A stretch of DNA of 31,674 bases, from assembly GCA_000442015.1 (NCBI GenBank), contig KE560904.1:62001-93674 (forward strand), given 5' to 3'. Positions 1-11,599 of this stretch are shown here, one piece after another. Position numbers and translations under genes: made by a program. Source of the stretch: Rozella allomycis CSF55. Its lineage: Eukaryota. Each line of letters opens with the position of its first letter. The first letter of the stretch is position 1. A model generated the notes under the pieces. That model saw only the letters and a program-made list of their open reading frames with translations, searched no databases and was not told the DNA's origin.

Positions 1-2
1 TG

Positions 3-1061
3 AGATCCATCATCAATAGAATTCATCCTGATAATAAAGTCATGTTGCTGCCGGTTCGTTGGAGAACGCAGCTTGAGATGTATTCTGATGGAGACAACGA
101 AAAATTTGATAATCTGTACAAAGATATCACTTTGCAGTCTATTCCAATGATACGCGAAATAATGTCTGACATTCTACTTGACATTTTACTATATATGAGT
201 CCTTCACATTCCAGCTTGATACTTGAAACTTCTGTGGGTGAACTTAATCGCATATACAAACTCTTCAAAACCAATTTTCCCGACTTTAGTGGCAAGGTAT
301 CTTTTTTTGGACACTCATTGGGTTCAATAATTGCCTTTGATATTCTGTGTCATCAAGACATCCCGCCAATGAGTCCTAAATTCGCTAATCTTAGAATTAA
401 CTCATCGGAAATCCCAGACTGGATGCCGAAACCCGCAATTCCTGTCCAGAATAATCCCAATTTCAATCTTGATTTTGAAGTTGACAACTTTTTTGCTGTG
501 GGATCTCCCATTGGTGTTTTTGTATTGCTTAGGGGACTTAAAATCATTGGCGGAAAGAATGAAAATACTTTGAAACTTTACAATACCCTTTTAAAATCGA
601 ATTCCCATGAAAAACTTGTCACGATTGCTTGCAAACGATTGTTCAATATATCAGATTTTTATGACCCGATTTCATATCGAGTAGAACCTCTAATTTGCAG
701 ATCATTTAACGAAGAGCCATGTGCAATTGAATCAATTAAGAATGTAAGTTGCTTTAATGTTTTGTGATAGGAAACTTCAAATTTGGCTAAAGGCGTGAAT
801 TATTTATTTAAAATCAAAAGAAATCTAACATCGAGCAATTCTAACTTGCAAAGTTCTAATAGCCGCCCACAAAGTCCAGATGAAAATAATGATCCTCATT
901 CCATCGTTCAAAACTTAAACAACACCGGTAGAGTGGACTATTACCTAAGAAATGATTCCCTTCTTGTGAACCAATATCTAAACTCTATAAACGCACACAT
1001 GAGTTATTGGAGAAATGAAGATCTATTGAATTTCATTATCCAAAATATTTATTATACTTGA
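3..1061 (+). CDS. DDHD-domain phospholipase A1 (PA-PLA1 family), 5' partial
   Basis: Motifs LPVRWR, DILLYMSP, lipase nucleophile GHSLG, FFAVGSPIGVF, DPISYRVEPL, GRVDY and HMSYW. A 27-nt GT-AG intron at 744-770 joins ORFs 42..767 and 783..1061 in frame. Confidence 0.9.
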
Positions 1062-1194
1062 TTAAATAAAATCGCATTTATATTTTTAGGCAATGTTTTT
1101 TGCAAGGGTTGCAAACTTGCGTCCGTAATTCTATTCTTTCTAATACACCAGGTGCCTATTTCGTTTGTCTTCAGCATTTTCTTATTCAAAAAAT

Positions 1195-2251
<1,057 letters not shown>

Positions 2252-2266
2252 NATTAATTTGAAGAA

Positions 2267-3258
2267 TCATTCACCTGCAAAAATAGATTTTAGATAGTCT
2301 CCACCACACACCATGCAAATTGTCAAATATACAGAGAGCCCAATTCTTGGAGTTACACCGCGAAAAAATCCGCGAACCCCGTGATGTTCATAAATATACT
2401 TTGCGCAAGTCCATATATTTAAATTAGGCGGTCTATTTGGTGATTTTATTTGTGATTGCATTTCAACTCTTATGACTTCAATAGGCTGATTCCAACATGA
2501 TAAAGTACCACCAATTGCAGACGCTTGTTCATTAGAAATGTTAATATCTACCCGCGATTTCTTCAACTGGGGTCAATTTCCTGTTCACATTATCTCCTCT
2601 CATCAGCTTTTGTGTAAATCTAGAAATTCCTTTGGATAAATATTTAATTATTTACCAAACCTAGAAGCCCAGTTAGTCATTTGGCGGACTGCAACAGCTG
2701 ATACGCCTTTGTTAAGTCCAGCTATACCTTCACTTTTCAAAATGTCCAAAGCTATTTTCATTGTCGATTGTCTTGAATCAACAGACCTAGTTCTTGTGAC
2801 TTCCACAGTTTTCATAAATGTACAAAATCCCATTGTTGTATAAGCTTGGCAAATTCCGCCTATTATCTATAACCATAAATTATACCTCCAGCGCCTCCCA
2901 ATACACCCGCTAAAGCTGATGAGGCACCAAGTGCTTTAGCAATGTATTCAATCTCTGAAGATGTGAATAATAAGATCCCGCCTTTGGATGCAGCTTCGAT
3001 CCATGCCTATTAATGACTGACTTTTTCAAATTATACCCATGGAATCAATCCTTGATAATAACCTTGTAGGCCTCCTCTTTTATATGTGTTTACTATAGCC
3101 GATCTCAAATTTGCTTCTCTATTTGCAGCCATGTAAGTTTTTAACACTTCAAAAGGTTGACCAAGTGTCGAAACTTCTATAACTTGAATGAATGCCCCGA
3201 TTAGTAAATTTTTAAATGAAACGGACTTCTTATTTAAAGATGTCGGAGACTGATTCAT
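2267..3258 (-). CDS. YHM2: Mitochondrial carrier, YHM2-type citrate/oxoglutarate carrier
   Basis: EVSTLGQPFEVLKTYMAANR, GLIPWAWIEA, MGFCTFMKTVE, AVAVRQMTNWASR and WNQPIEVIRVEMQS are characteristic of Yhm2. Tiny introns include 3007-3036 and 2860-2885. Confidence 0.9.
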
Positions 3259-3420
3259 TCTTTACGAAAAACGAAATTTACAACAAATGCTGGACTGTAA
3301 GTCAAAAAAAGTCACAAGTACATTTAAGTTTGATCTTAAAAGACTCTATCAATTGAATACTAACAAATTACATGGCACGGGTATAAATTATCAAGGGTAA
3401 ATATTAAATAGGATCAGCGT

Positions 3421-4665
3421 TTATTTCATTTTGGAGAATGATAACCTTTTCTTCAATTTCTGGGACTTGGAATTGAAAGAACTTTTTAGCTTCTCAAAAA
3501 TGGACGACCTTTTTGATGGAGTTGTGATGAGAGCAAGCGTAGTTTCCTTTTCTTGCGGGGGTACCGCTTGGTTAATCTCTTTGTAAATCTCAAGCAATTC
3601 AGCTTCAAATGTTTCAAGTTTGGGTGAAAATGCAGATGATAATGATTCTGTATCAATGTTATTGTTCTTATCTGTTTCAGTTGAAGACATAGAGTAATCA
3701 TTAAGTTCATTTTCATCAAAAGTGATCGAATCATCGGACTTAAAGATATCATCAATTGGTTTACCCTCCTCACTTTCCGTTTTATTATTCCCTTTTCCAA
3801 CAAGAGTTTCTTCGCTTATGGTAAATTTAGGATTCATATCTACCATAATACTTGGGCTAGGGCTCTCGATGTGAAAGCTTTTGTCGTCTGCTGTCAAAAT
3901 AGTTTCTAAGCTAGATGTACTACCAGAATTCTCACTATATTTACTTCCTTTCCCAAATCCCAGCAACACTTTAATGCATTCGAATTGACCATGAGAGCGT
4001 AACTCGTTGTAAGCATCTTCAAACATAAACTGTGACCATTCACGATGAGCAGGCTCCAGAAATTCTTCAATGTGCTTCGGAACAAATGCTTTATAATCTC
4101 TAGTAGAATCAAAAGCTGCTCGAATAAAATGCATCAAATCCTCTGGAATAACAGCCGGGTGCCTGTGAATATACTTAAACATTTGGTAATTCTGCACTGA
4201 TTCAGCAATGAACATCAAAAGAACATGATTCACAATACGTAATCTCATAATTTTGTTTATAGACTCAAAGTCATTTCTTTTCATAATGATTCTCGCCGCT
4301 TCCTGGCTACTATAAACTGCATGATTAGGATTAGCAAGGTAATGTAATGCTATTTCATAATTGTCAGCCAAACGAATCTTCGCGGAAAGCTCCAAATCCT
4401 TTGGATACAACTTGTAAATGTCATTTTGATAGTAGTCCAGATCACTAAAAGCTTCTTCTTTAAATTTCCACTTGTGTATCAATATGTCACTTATTGGACC
4501 TGGAATGTAAAGCTTGTTTGCTGATGTTTTAGCCATCACGTTTAATTTATGATTGTTGCATTTCACATTCAACAAGTCTTGAGCGATAAAAGGCGAAATA
4601 TATGTTTTGGTAATCGGAAGAGTTACTATAAATCCAATTAGCAGAGTAGTCAAAAGTAATTTCAT
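3421..4665 (-). CDS. Hypothetical intronless protein with signal-peptide-like N-terminus (~414 aa)
   Basis: Long uninterrupted ORF. The ATG at 4665 gives MKLLLTTLLIGFIVTLPI (basic residue then hydrophobic core). The C-terminal half is acidic and Ser-rich, with a basic tail. Confidence 0.7.
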   Translation of the reverse strand: MKLLLTTLLIGFIVTLPITKTYISPFIAQDLLNVKCNNHKLNVMAKTSANKLYIPGPISDILIHKWKFKEEAFSDLDYYQNDIYKLYPKDLELSAKIRLADNYEIALHYLANPNHAVYSSQEAARIIMKRNDFESINKIMRLRIVNHVLLMFIAESVQNYQMFKYIHRHPAVIPEDLMHFIRAAFDSTRDYKAFVPKHIEEFLEPAHREWSQFMFEDAYNELRSHGQFECIKVLLGFGKGSKYSENSGSTSSLETILTADDKSFHIESPSPSIMVDMNPKFTISEETLVGKGNNKTESEEGKPIDDIFKSDDSITFDENELNDYSMSSTETDKNNNIDTESLSSAFSPKLETFEAELLEIYKEINQAVPPQEKETTLALITTPSKRSSIFEKLKSSFNSKSQKLKKRLSFSKMK

Positions 4666-5147
4666 AACACTTCTGAAAATTTCGAATTGACGTTTCCGAT
4701 AAAGAATGCATGTTGACACATTTTTGGAAATTGCATCATATGATTTATTACAAATTGGGGCATACGTCATGAATTGATAAATTGAATTTTTATTCGGAAG
4801 TTGCCAAAATTTAAAACGTGTTAAGAAAAATTAGCCACGTACGCGGGTCATCTTTAGATCGATAGGAAACTTTCAAAAAAGGAAATTCAAATCCACTACA
4901 TTATTAGGCATAAATCTTAAATCGTTCTGGTCCTTAAAAGTTAATACAACAATCAAAAATCCTTGGTTGGTATATATCATCAATAAATTTCTTTGTATTG
5001 TGAACTTTTCAAAAAATACTGTAATAATTAATGTCAGGTTGAGATGACTCAGGTTTGGCGATTATCATTTCGGTCGTTAAAATACATGAAAACTGAGTTT
5101 TAAAGTTGAATCATATTTTTCTTTTTTTGCTAACCCCTTCCTCTTAN

Positions 5148-5376
5148 ATCTTCATTGTTTCCCAATCTCTTTTCTATAATTGACACTGTTTGACTCAAAA
5201 CATCCAATTGATGCACAATCTGTCTCAATGTTGCGGCTACATTATACTCCTCCTGTTTAATCTCCTTCAATGGCTCTGCTTTCTCTTGATAATCCTCCAC
5301 CGAGTATTCCTTTTTCATCTCTCACATGCATTTACTTTGATTTTAATCGGTGCTGCCAACTCTATAGGTTCCACCG
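5148..5376 (-). CDS. POC1: Fragment: C-terminal coiled coil of centriolar protein POC1
   Basis: TLRQIVHQLDVLSQTVSIIEKRLGNNED matches the recalled Poc1 C-terminal motif ([23 protein letters not shown]..ED). The fragment lies between Ns at 5147 and 5377; the WD40 region is absent. Confidence 0.7.
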
Positions 5377-5453
5377 NTTTTTATTGCTAGATAATTTTTT
5401 TCTATCAAAAAAGAAAACATTTACCTTTTACAAAGCCACGGCAATTTCGCTTA

Positions 5454-5910
5454 ATGACAATTGACAGACTTCCAGTAGTGGATATTGACAAATATGTGAC
5501 TGAAGGCAACAATCAAATTGAATTGTGCCTTCAGGTGTCAAATGCTTTTCGCGAATTTGGGGCTATTGCTATTCGTGACAGTAGAGTTCCATTCGAAAAG
5601 AACGAGCATTTTTTGGATATTCTTGAAAAGTATTTTAGTCAAGATGAAGAAGCATTAATGAGAGATTCTAGGCCAGAAATCGGCTATCAAATTGGAGTCA
5701 CACCTGAAGGGATAGAGGCGCCAAGATGCATACATGATACCGATTGTCAAAATTTTATTGACTCTGTATACCCATTAATATTTCGATATTAGTTAAAAGA
5801 AGAAGATAAGCCCGTGAAACCTACCCGGGCAGACGTGAAGTGGAGGTACTTTCATAGAATCGGGCCGCGCCCATTACAAACAAAATTTCCCGAATTAAAT
5901 GCAACACCGA
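5454..5910 (+). CDS. 2OG-Fe(II) oxygenase-like (IPNS/clavaminate synthase-like) protein, N-terminal part
   Basis: LPVVDID, FGAIAIRDSRV and RPEIGYQIGVTPE; intron ~5766-5792; then DVKWRYFHRIGPRP..TKFPELNA. The recognisable reading ends near 5910. Confidence 0.75.
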
Positions 5911-6223
5911 TTCTCAACGGTAGCCGCATATTATGTATCATATAGNTGCGGAATGTCGTTTTGCAAGTTTTACCGCAGCCACATAAATACGTTCTTTATG
6001 TAGTCAAAAATATATTTGTTACTGATTGAATGCTTTTTTCAAACTGCCACAATTTTGGCAGTTTGTTACCTTACGGCCTCGGGGTTTGACTATCTCAGCC
6101 CCCTGACAAAAATTTTCGCGCAAATGCAACTCCGCATCCAGCAGAGAACATTCTGTTACGCAGACTAAAAAATTTGTCGCCATAATTTTTTTACCAGGGA
6201 TAATGGGTCTATAAGCCACCGAA

Positions 6224-6336
6224 AAGGTGCTGGGACCCACCCGAGTTGCTGGGAGTCGCCAAGGGGTGCTCGCAATCGAAAAAGGTGCTGGGACACTGTC
6301 CAAAGTGCTGGCAATCACCTGGGGTGCTGGGAATCA
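6224..6336. repeat. Six phased degenerate repeats, core GTGCTGG(G/C)A
   Basis: TGCT cores at 6228, 6247, 6267, 6286, 6306 and 6325, giving spacings 19, 20, 19, 20, 19. Confidence 0.85.
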
Positions 6337-6361
6337 ACTCCCCATATAGATTTGAAAAAAA

Positions 6362-6805
6362 GTAATGATTAATTTTATATTTTTATTAGTTTTTTAGTGG
6401 TTTTTGCCATAGGATGTAAAAGGGATTGAGGGTGCTCAGAAACGGTGAAATGGATGCTGTCAGTNGTAATGATTAATTTTTTATTTTTATTAATTTTTAG
6501 TGGTTTTTGCCATGGGTTGTAAAAGGGATTGAGGGTGCTCAGAAACGGTGAAATGGATGCTGTCAGTCCTTTTTCCGGAGTTTGCGCTTCACACGCTTTA
6601 ACATTGAAAAAGTGTTCTTTATAGACTTCAAACTAATTTTATTTAAAGTATTTATGCCAGTCTTCTCAGAATCATGGNAATTTGAAATAAAAGTAATGAA
6701 TTAATTGTATATTATTATTACTTTTTAGTGGTTTTTGTCATGGGTTGTAAAAGGGATTGAGCGTGCTCAGAAACGGTGAAATGGATGCTGTTTGTCCTTT
6801 TTCCG
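6362..6805. repeat. Three diverged copies of a ~105-110 bp non-coding repeat
   Basis: Copies at ~6362-6464, ~6466-6576 and ~6693-6804 share TTTTAGTGGTTTTTG..GTAAAAGGGATTGAG.GTGCTCAGAAACGGTGAAATGGATGCTGT. They differ by substitutions and are separated by Ns at 6465 and 6678. Confidence 0.9.
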
Positions 6806-6952
6806 TGCTGGGAGTGACCGAGGTATATACCTGGAGAGGTAGATATTCAGCAGAAAGCTACAAATAAGTTGATTGTTGAGATATCCAAAAGTTAATGTTT
6901 TGTTATGATGAACAAGATAGTTATGGTTAAGGCATTGCCTTAAATGGGCTTC

Positions 6953-7303
6953 TTAAGGAGCTGGCTTGCACCAGGCTCCTGTTGAAGTGGTAGACCCCAA
7001 AATAAAGTCATTGGGAAGACCGATGATAAAGTTGAGGACTAGTCCCGATACTATTAATCTAGGTTTCGGTGATTTTTTTGGCATCGTCGGGTTGTACCTT
7101 CCGAGCTTTAAAAGACCTAGCCTAGTATTCGTAAAGGCTTCTAGATCAACCAAAAGGAGTTTTCTATGCTTCTGGGTACGTGGAGGGAGTTTTGGCAAAT
7201 TGCTAGTGAACGACACCCTAGCTCTGGGGTGGCTAGAACTTGAAGCTTGATTTTGACTTTCCTTTTCATCAGCCTCATCTTCCAGCTCCTCTGTCAAAAT
7301 GCA
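6953..7303 (-). CDS. Unrecognised open-frame fragment ending at an N join
   Basis: 114-codon open frame, richer in GC than its neighbours, with an acidic then basic composition. No recognisable motif. Confidence 0.25.
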   Translation of the reverse strand, partial: CILTEELEDEADEKESQNQASSSSHPRARVSFTSNLPKLPPRTQKHRKLLLVDLEAFTNTRLGLLKLGRYNPTMPKKSPKPRLIVSGLVLNFIIGLPNDFILGSTTSTGAWCKPAP

Positions 7304-7439
7304 NCTATCTTTTATATCACTAAAAAACTATTAAAGGGTATTGGCTAGCGTAACTTTACATATTAGATTCTGAAGATCCATGTAAGGGTGTTGATACCTA
7401 TGCCATCGTCATAGAACCTCTTTGGTTCAGATTATAAGN

Positions 7440-7619
7440 CATTGGATGAATGGGGAAATAGTCTGCTTCAAACAGTATGCACAGTTTCGGAAATGCTTGC
7501 AATTGGAATGGGCTTGGAAAAACTTGCATTTGTAAAATGTTTACATAAAGGGCCACATTTATTAGCTCCGGCAGCAACGAATATTGGCAAATATCATGAA
7601 ATTGGGGATACGTACGCAG
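7440..7619 (+). CDS. 2OG-Fe(II) oxygenase-like protein, middle fragment
   Basis: DEWGNSLL..SEMLAIGMGL..GPHLLAP..YAG leads up to the expected HxD motif. An apparent intron starts at 7620 and is cut by the N at 7632. Confidence 0.7.
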
Positions 7620-7632
7620 GTTTGTGACTAAN

Positions 7633-7748
7633 ATGTCGCGTCCGATTTAATACTGAAACCAATTAATGGCTTTGAAAACAGCTGCTATGAACCTATACTT
7701 GCTGGAGACCAAGTATCCAATGAGTTAAGGATGATATCATTGAAATAA
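7633..7748 (+). CDS. 2OG-Fe(II) oxygenase-like protein, probable C-terminal fragment (not in ORF track)
   Basis: Reads VASDLILKP..YEPILAGDQVSNELRMISLK*, resembling the recalled C-terminus of this family. Collinear with the two upstream fragments. Confidence 0.6.
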
Positions 7749-8224
7749 ATCTTATTATATTTTTCTTCTCTTAGCTCTTGATTTTAATGTTTATTAAATA
7801 TTAAGACAGAAACAGGTTCCTGGAGGGCAACATTGTCGGATAACGGCAGATGGGCTTTCTATAATCCAACTAAATAACACAAGTTTTAAGGATTTGATTC
7901 AAACTTGTGTTCTCCAATAATGGCTATTTCAAGAGTCACCATGGATCGGCTGGCTAGAGAAGATAAAAACTGGGACCACAACCAGCGAACAAATCGGCGC
8001 GCAGGTGNGAGTATCCGAATAATTGGACTACTCAAGAATTTAAATGATTTTCTTAACTCTATTTATTAAATTAAATAATAATTAATGAAAAGAATTCTAT
8101 TAAATTTTAATAGAATGGGAGAAAAGATATTTCAGTCTTGTTAGTTCGTATCTATAATTTCGTAAATTTCGACATGTACTCTAAAGGCAAAGAAAGGGGA
8201 AAAGGGAATGGCGAGAAAAATCAG

Positions 8225-9635
8225 ATGCCTAAACGAGTAATAAAATTCTAGTACGCAAAACTCAGCAAGGTCGTATTGTTGAGTCTCGATATATGTCTAC
8301 TTCATCTTTGAAAAAGGAAAATATTGCACCCAAAGACAATGGCTTGCCGATCAAGAAGAATAACATTACTCAAGGTCACCTACCCTGTGAAAAACCAGTT
8401 ACAAAAGGCTTTTCGAAGGCTAGGGGGCTTACAGCAGTAGGCATGACCAAAAAAATTGATAATGTAATATTAAACGTACTAAAGTATAAAGCCTTTGAAG
8501 AATGAAATCAAGATTATCCAGGGAGGCACTGTTGGACACACAGATTTAACATTGACGGAAGTAGGAAGTTTATGCGAGCAAGAAGAATTAAAGTTAAAAG
8601 TATTACAATGGAAGTATTATAACGCCAAAATGAAAAGGAATCAAGAATATAAAGAAAAAGAAATGGAAGTAACAAAATGATGCATTATAGAAAGAATGCT
8701 CTNTATGGCGAAATATGCTTCAAAGAATAAAAAATTAGACTACAAGTCATAAAAGCACTTGTATGTCTAGAGAGTTAAACACTGGAGGTGCTTATGAGCT
8801 AATAGGACCAGATGGAACAATCTACATTCGTCCNAATATTAAACGTACTAAAGTATAAAGCCTTTGAAGAATGAAATCAAGATTATCCAGGGAGGCACTG
8901 TTGGACACACAGATTTAACATTGACGGAAGTAGGAAGTTTATGCGAGCAAGAAGAATTAAAGTTAAAAGTATTACAATGGAAGTATTATAACGCCAAAAT
9001 GAAAAGGAATCAAGAATATAAAGAAAAAGAAATGGAAGTAACAAAATGATGCATTATAGAAAGAATGCTCTATTAAAGGTTTATAATTGTATAGGTGAAA
9101 TTCAACGAGAATACTTGGAAAGGTTAGAGCTAACCCAGTCATTTGACATGACAACAAAAATAAATGATTCGATTAATATTCAGGTATTCATTATGTATTT
9201 TTTTGACAGAAATCTACATTAATACCGATCTTAGAATGCCTTGAAGTTATCTGTGAAAGGTTTAAACAATTTGGCCAAACTATTCATGAAACTGTATGGA
9301 AAATGCCAGTAGAAAACTTGACTCTATCTGATCCATGTAAATTGCTTTAGTGCCATTTGTAAGTGAAATTTAAAGCCAGCATCGAACATTTAAAAACTCT
9401 ACTTTTTGAAATTCTGCATGTTGATCCTTGTAATGAATCAAGGCTCTTGCGAGCTGTGTTAAAATTGAGACAGATATATGAATCTCTGAAAGACGCATTA
9501 TCATTACACAAAGAGACTTTGGAGGCTTGTAAAGGCATAGTGGATTCGATGAATGAAAAAGTATACCATGAAGCTAGTATTAGAATTGAAAAGTGTCTTG
9601 AGAAAGAGTTGAATGTAATAAGTATAAACATGTAA
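8225..9635 (+). CDS. HAUS8/Hice1-like augmin subunit (middle disturbed by an assembly duplication)
   Basis: Splicing 8237-8265 gives MPKRQGRIVESRYMS (cf. recalled HAUS8 GRVIESRYLQ). Later coiled coil and FKQFGQTIHETVWKMPVENL (cf. YKTFATALDTTRHELPV). Further tiny introns include 8464-8491. Confidence 0.65.
8466..9071. repeat. 237-bp apparently exact direct duplication (8466-8702 = 8835-9071) around a 130-bp N-bounded insert; likely scaffolding artefact
   Basis: Identical ORFs 8495..8680 and 8864..9049. The copies abut Ns at 8703 and 8834. Confidence 0.9.
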
Positions 9636-9664
9636 TAAAACTATAATTGGTTAGCATATAACAT

Positions 9665-11328
9665 TTATTTAATTTCAGCGCCAATGAGAGAATTCACCGT
9701 ACATGAGCCGCCACCGACAAGCAAGGGATCGTCCAAGTAGACAACAGTTGGCTTTGAGTCAATTGTAGTTGTCGATAACTTTTCGAGTACTTTTTTGAGA
9801 GTATCCTTTTTCGGGTTCAATTGTGCCTCTGGCTCACCGGAAACGCCTTCAATTACAATTCGATCGCCGTTGGTGGCTGATGAAGGAGGAGAAACAATTT
9901 CCACCTTGTCACCTACAGACGCCGCTACAATCATTCCGTTTGATTCCACTTGACGTAGTTTCATTGGCTTAAGATTTGCAACAATGACAACTTTTTTATT
10001 TAGCAATTCCTCTTTTGGGATGTACTTAGCCAATCCAGCAACGATAGTTCTTGGACATTCTTCACCAGCATCAATCTTCGTGACATACAAATGATCGGCT
10101 TCAGGATGATTAGTAATTTCCTTTATCTCGCCGACTACCATTTTCACTTTACTAAATTCCTCCAAGGCTTGTTCAGAAGGCGTCAAATCTTTTTTAACGA
10201 CAGCCGGATAAGCTTTTCCAGAAAGTTTCTTGAACTCTGGAGTGTCCAGCTTTTCTCTTACAGGTTGAAGTAAAACATTGATGGCTGCAGCAATTCCAGA
10301 TTTTAAATCAGCGGGATAAACTTTTTCTTCTTTAAATGCCAATTCCAGTTCTTCATAAGTATTGAAAGTCACATCTCCGCCGTGCTCTTTTTTCCTTTTG
10401 ATTTCAAAGTGACCAAGCCCCTTCAATGACCAGACAGGAAAAATAACAGCCTTTGCAAAGGATAGAAGCCCATTGTTCTCAATGTTTCCTGGTTCACAAA
10501 AAGCCATTTTTATTTTTTTATTGACACTCTTTTCGTCATCTAGCAAGTCTATCTTCGAATTTGGGTCGGAGGCTGACATTTTAGACCCGGTAAGTCCAGG
10601 AACCATTGGATTCATTAAATGGATTCGTTTTTCATAACCAATAGATGGAAGATACTTTTCTGCTAACATGAAGATCTTTCTTTGATCGACACCTCCAAAT
10701 TGTGCATCAACTTTCAAGTATTCTTCATCGAGTGCCTTTATAAGTCTTTTAATGAATTTACTTGCAATCCTGGATACAAAAGACCGGACAACAAAGGATT
10801 TGAAACCTGTTTAACAACTTCCGTTCCTGCCTTTTGGGCATCCCTGAGAGTGCAAAGAGAGGACAATTTATAAACATCCAGAACGTATTCTTTTGATAAT
10901 TGATAATCCGTTCCCCTAACAAACTCCAACTTATCAAGCGGCACACCAATAGATTCCAGTACAGCTTTGATAACACCTTCGTAATATTGAGTCCTGTATT
11001 CAACCAACTCAAGAGGGGCTTTCATGTTATCCAAATATGCATCTACAAAAAAGTACAACTTTGATGTTACGGATATTGGCAAACAAGATCTTGACTTTAC
11101 ATCCAGCAAGAAGAAAATCTGCAATCTTGGATAAAGGGACAAAGTATGCGATGTGTGGCTATATTTTTATGAAAACAAATTTACCCTTCCCGTTGGAGCA
11201 GTTCCCCAATAGAGCACCAAATCTCTTTCAGCGATGATTTTCTCAAGTTTTGCTGTTCCTATAACTTCTTGCAAGTTCCTTGTTATCAAGGCCATTTTTT
11301 CTTTAGTTGTCATCACTTTTTCAGACAT
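9665..11328 (-). CDS. TYS1: Cytoplasmic tyrosyl-tRNA synthetase with C-terminal EMAP-II-like tRNA-binding domain
   Basis: [14 protein letters not shown] (HIGH equivalent), [35 protein letters not shown] and KMSAS. C-domain [27 protein letters not shown]. Introns at 11159-11184, 11043-11070 and 10736-10761. Confidence 0.97.
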
Positions 11329-11599
11329 GGCAGTCAAAGCCACACATCCGCATGACACGGAATTATCATATCACAAACAAATATTGATTTAAGCTATAAC
11401 TTATTTGTTATTCACTTTTAAATTTATCGGAGGCAAGCTATCCACACAATTAGTGACACTTTGAACCTGGGAGCCTTGGAAGTNTGGCTGCTCTTCACAA
11501 ATAAATTATTGGTTTGATTTCTTATTCATTATGTTTTTGTGACTTTAGGTTTCATCATATCGTACCTTTTAAATCGCCATTGTGACAAGCCACCTAATT

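Noticed and set aside
2252-2266. Thioredoxin reductase apparently truncated or pseudogenised
   Set aside because: The break falls exactly at an N; the missing C-terminus is most simply an assembly gap.
6019-6318. 99-aa minus-strand ORF
   Set aside because: It overlaps the non-triplet repeat array, starts at a non-ATG codon and has no motif.
6224-6805. CRISPR-like array
   Set aside because: Eukaryotic context, cores of only ~9 bp with ~10-bp spacers, the longer repeats exceed 100 bp, and no cas genes are present.
5147-8834. Apparent accessory island or novel gene cluster
   Set aside because: Eleven single-N joins divide it into short fragments, so adjacency is not evidence of a biological system.
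8466-9071. Tandem exon duplication in the HAUS8-like gene
   Set aside because: The copies appear identical including intron sequence and end at Ns, typical of unmerged contig overlap.
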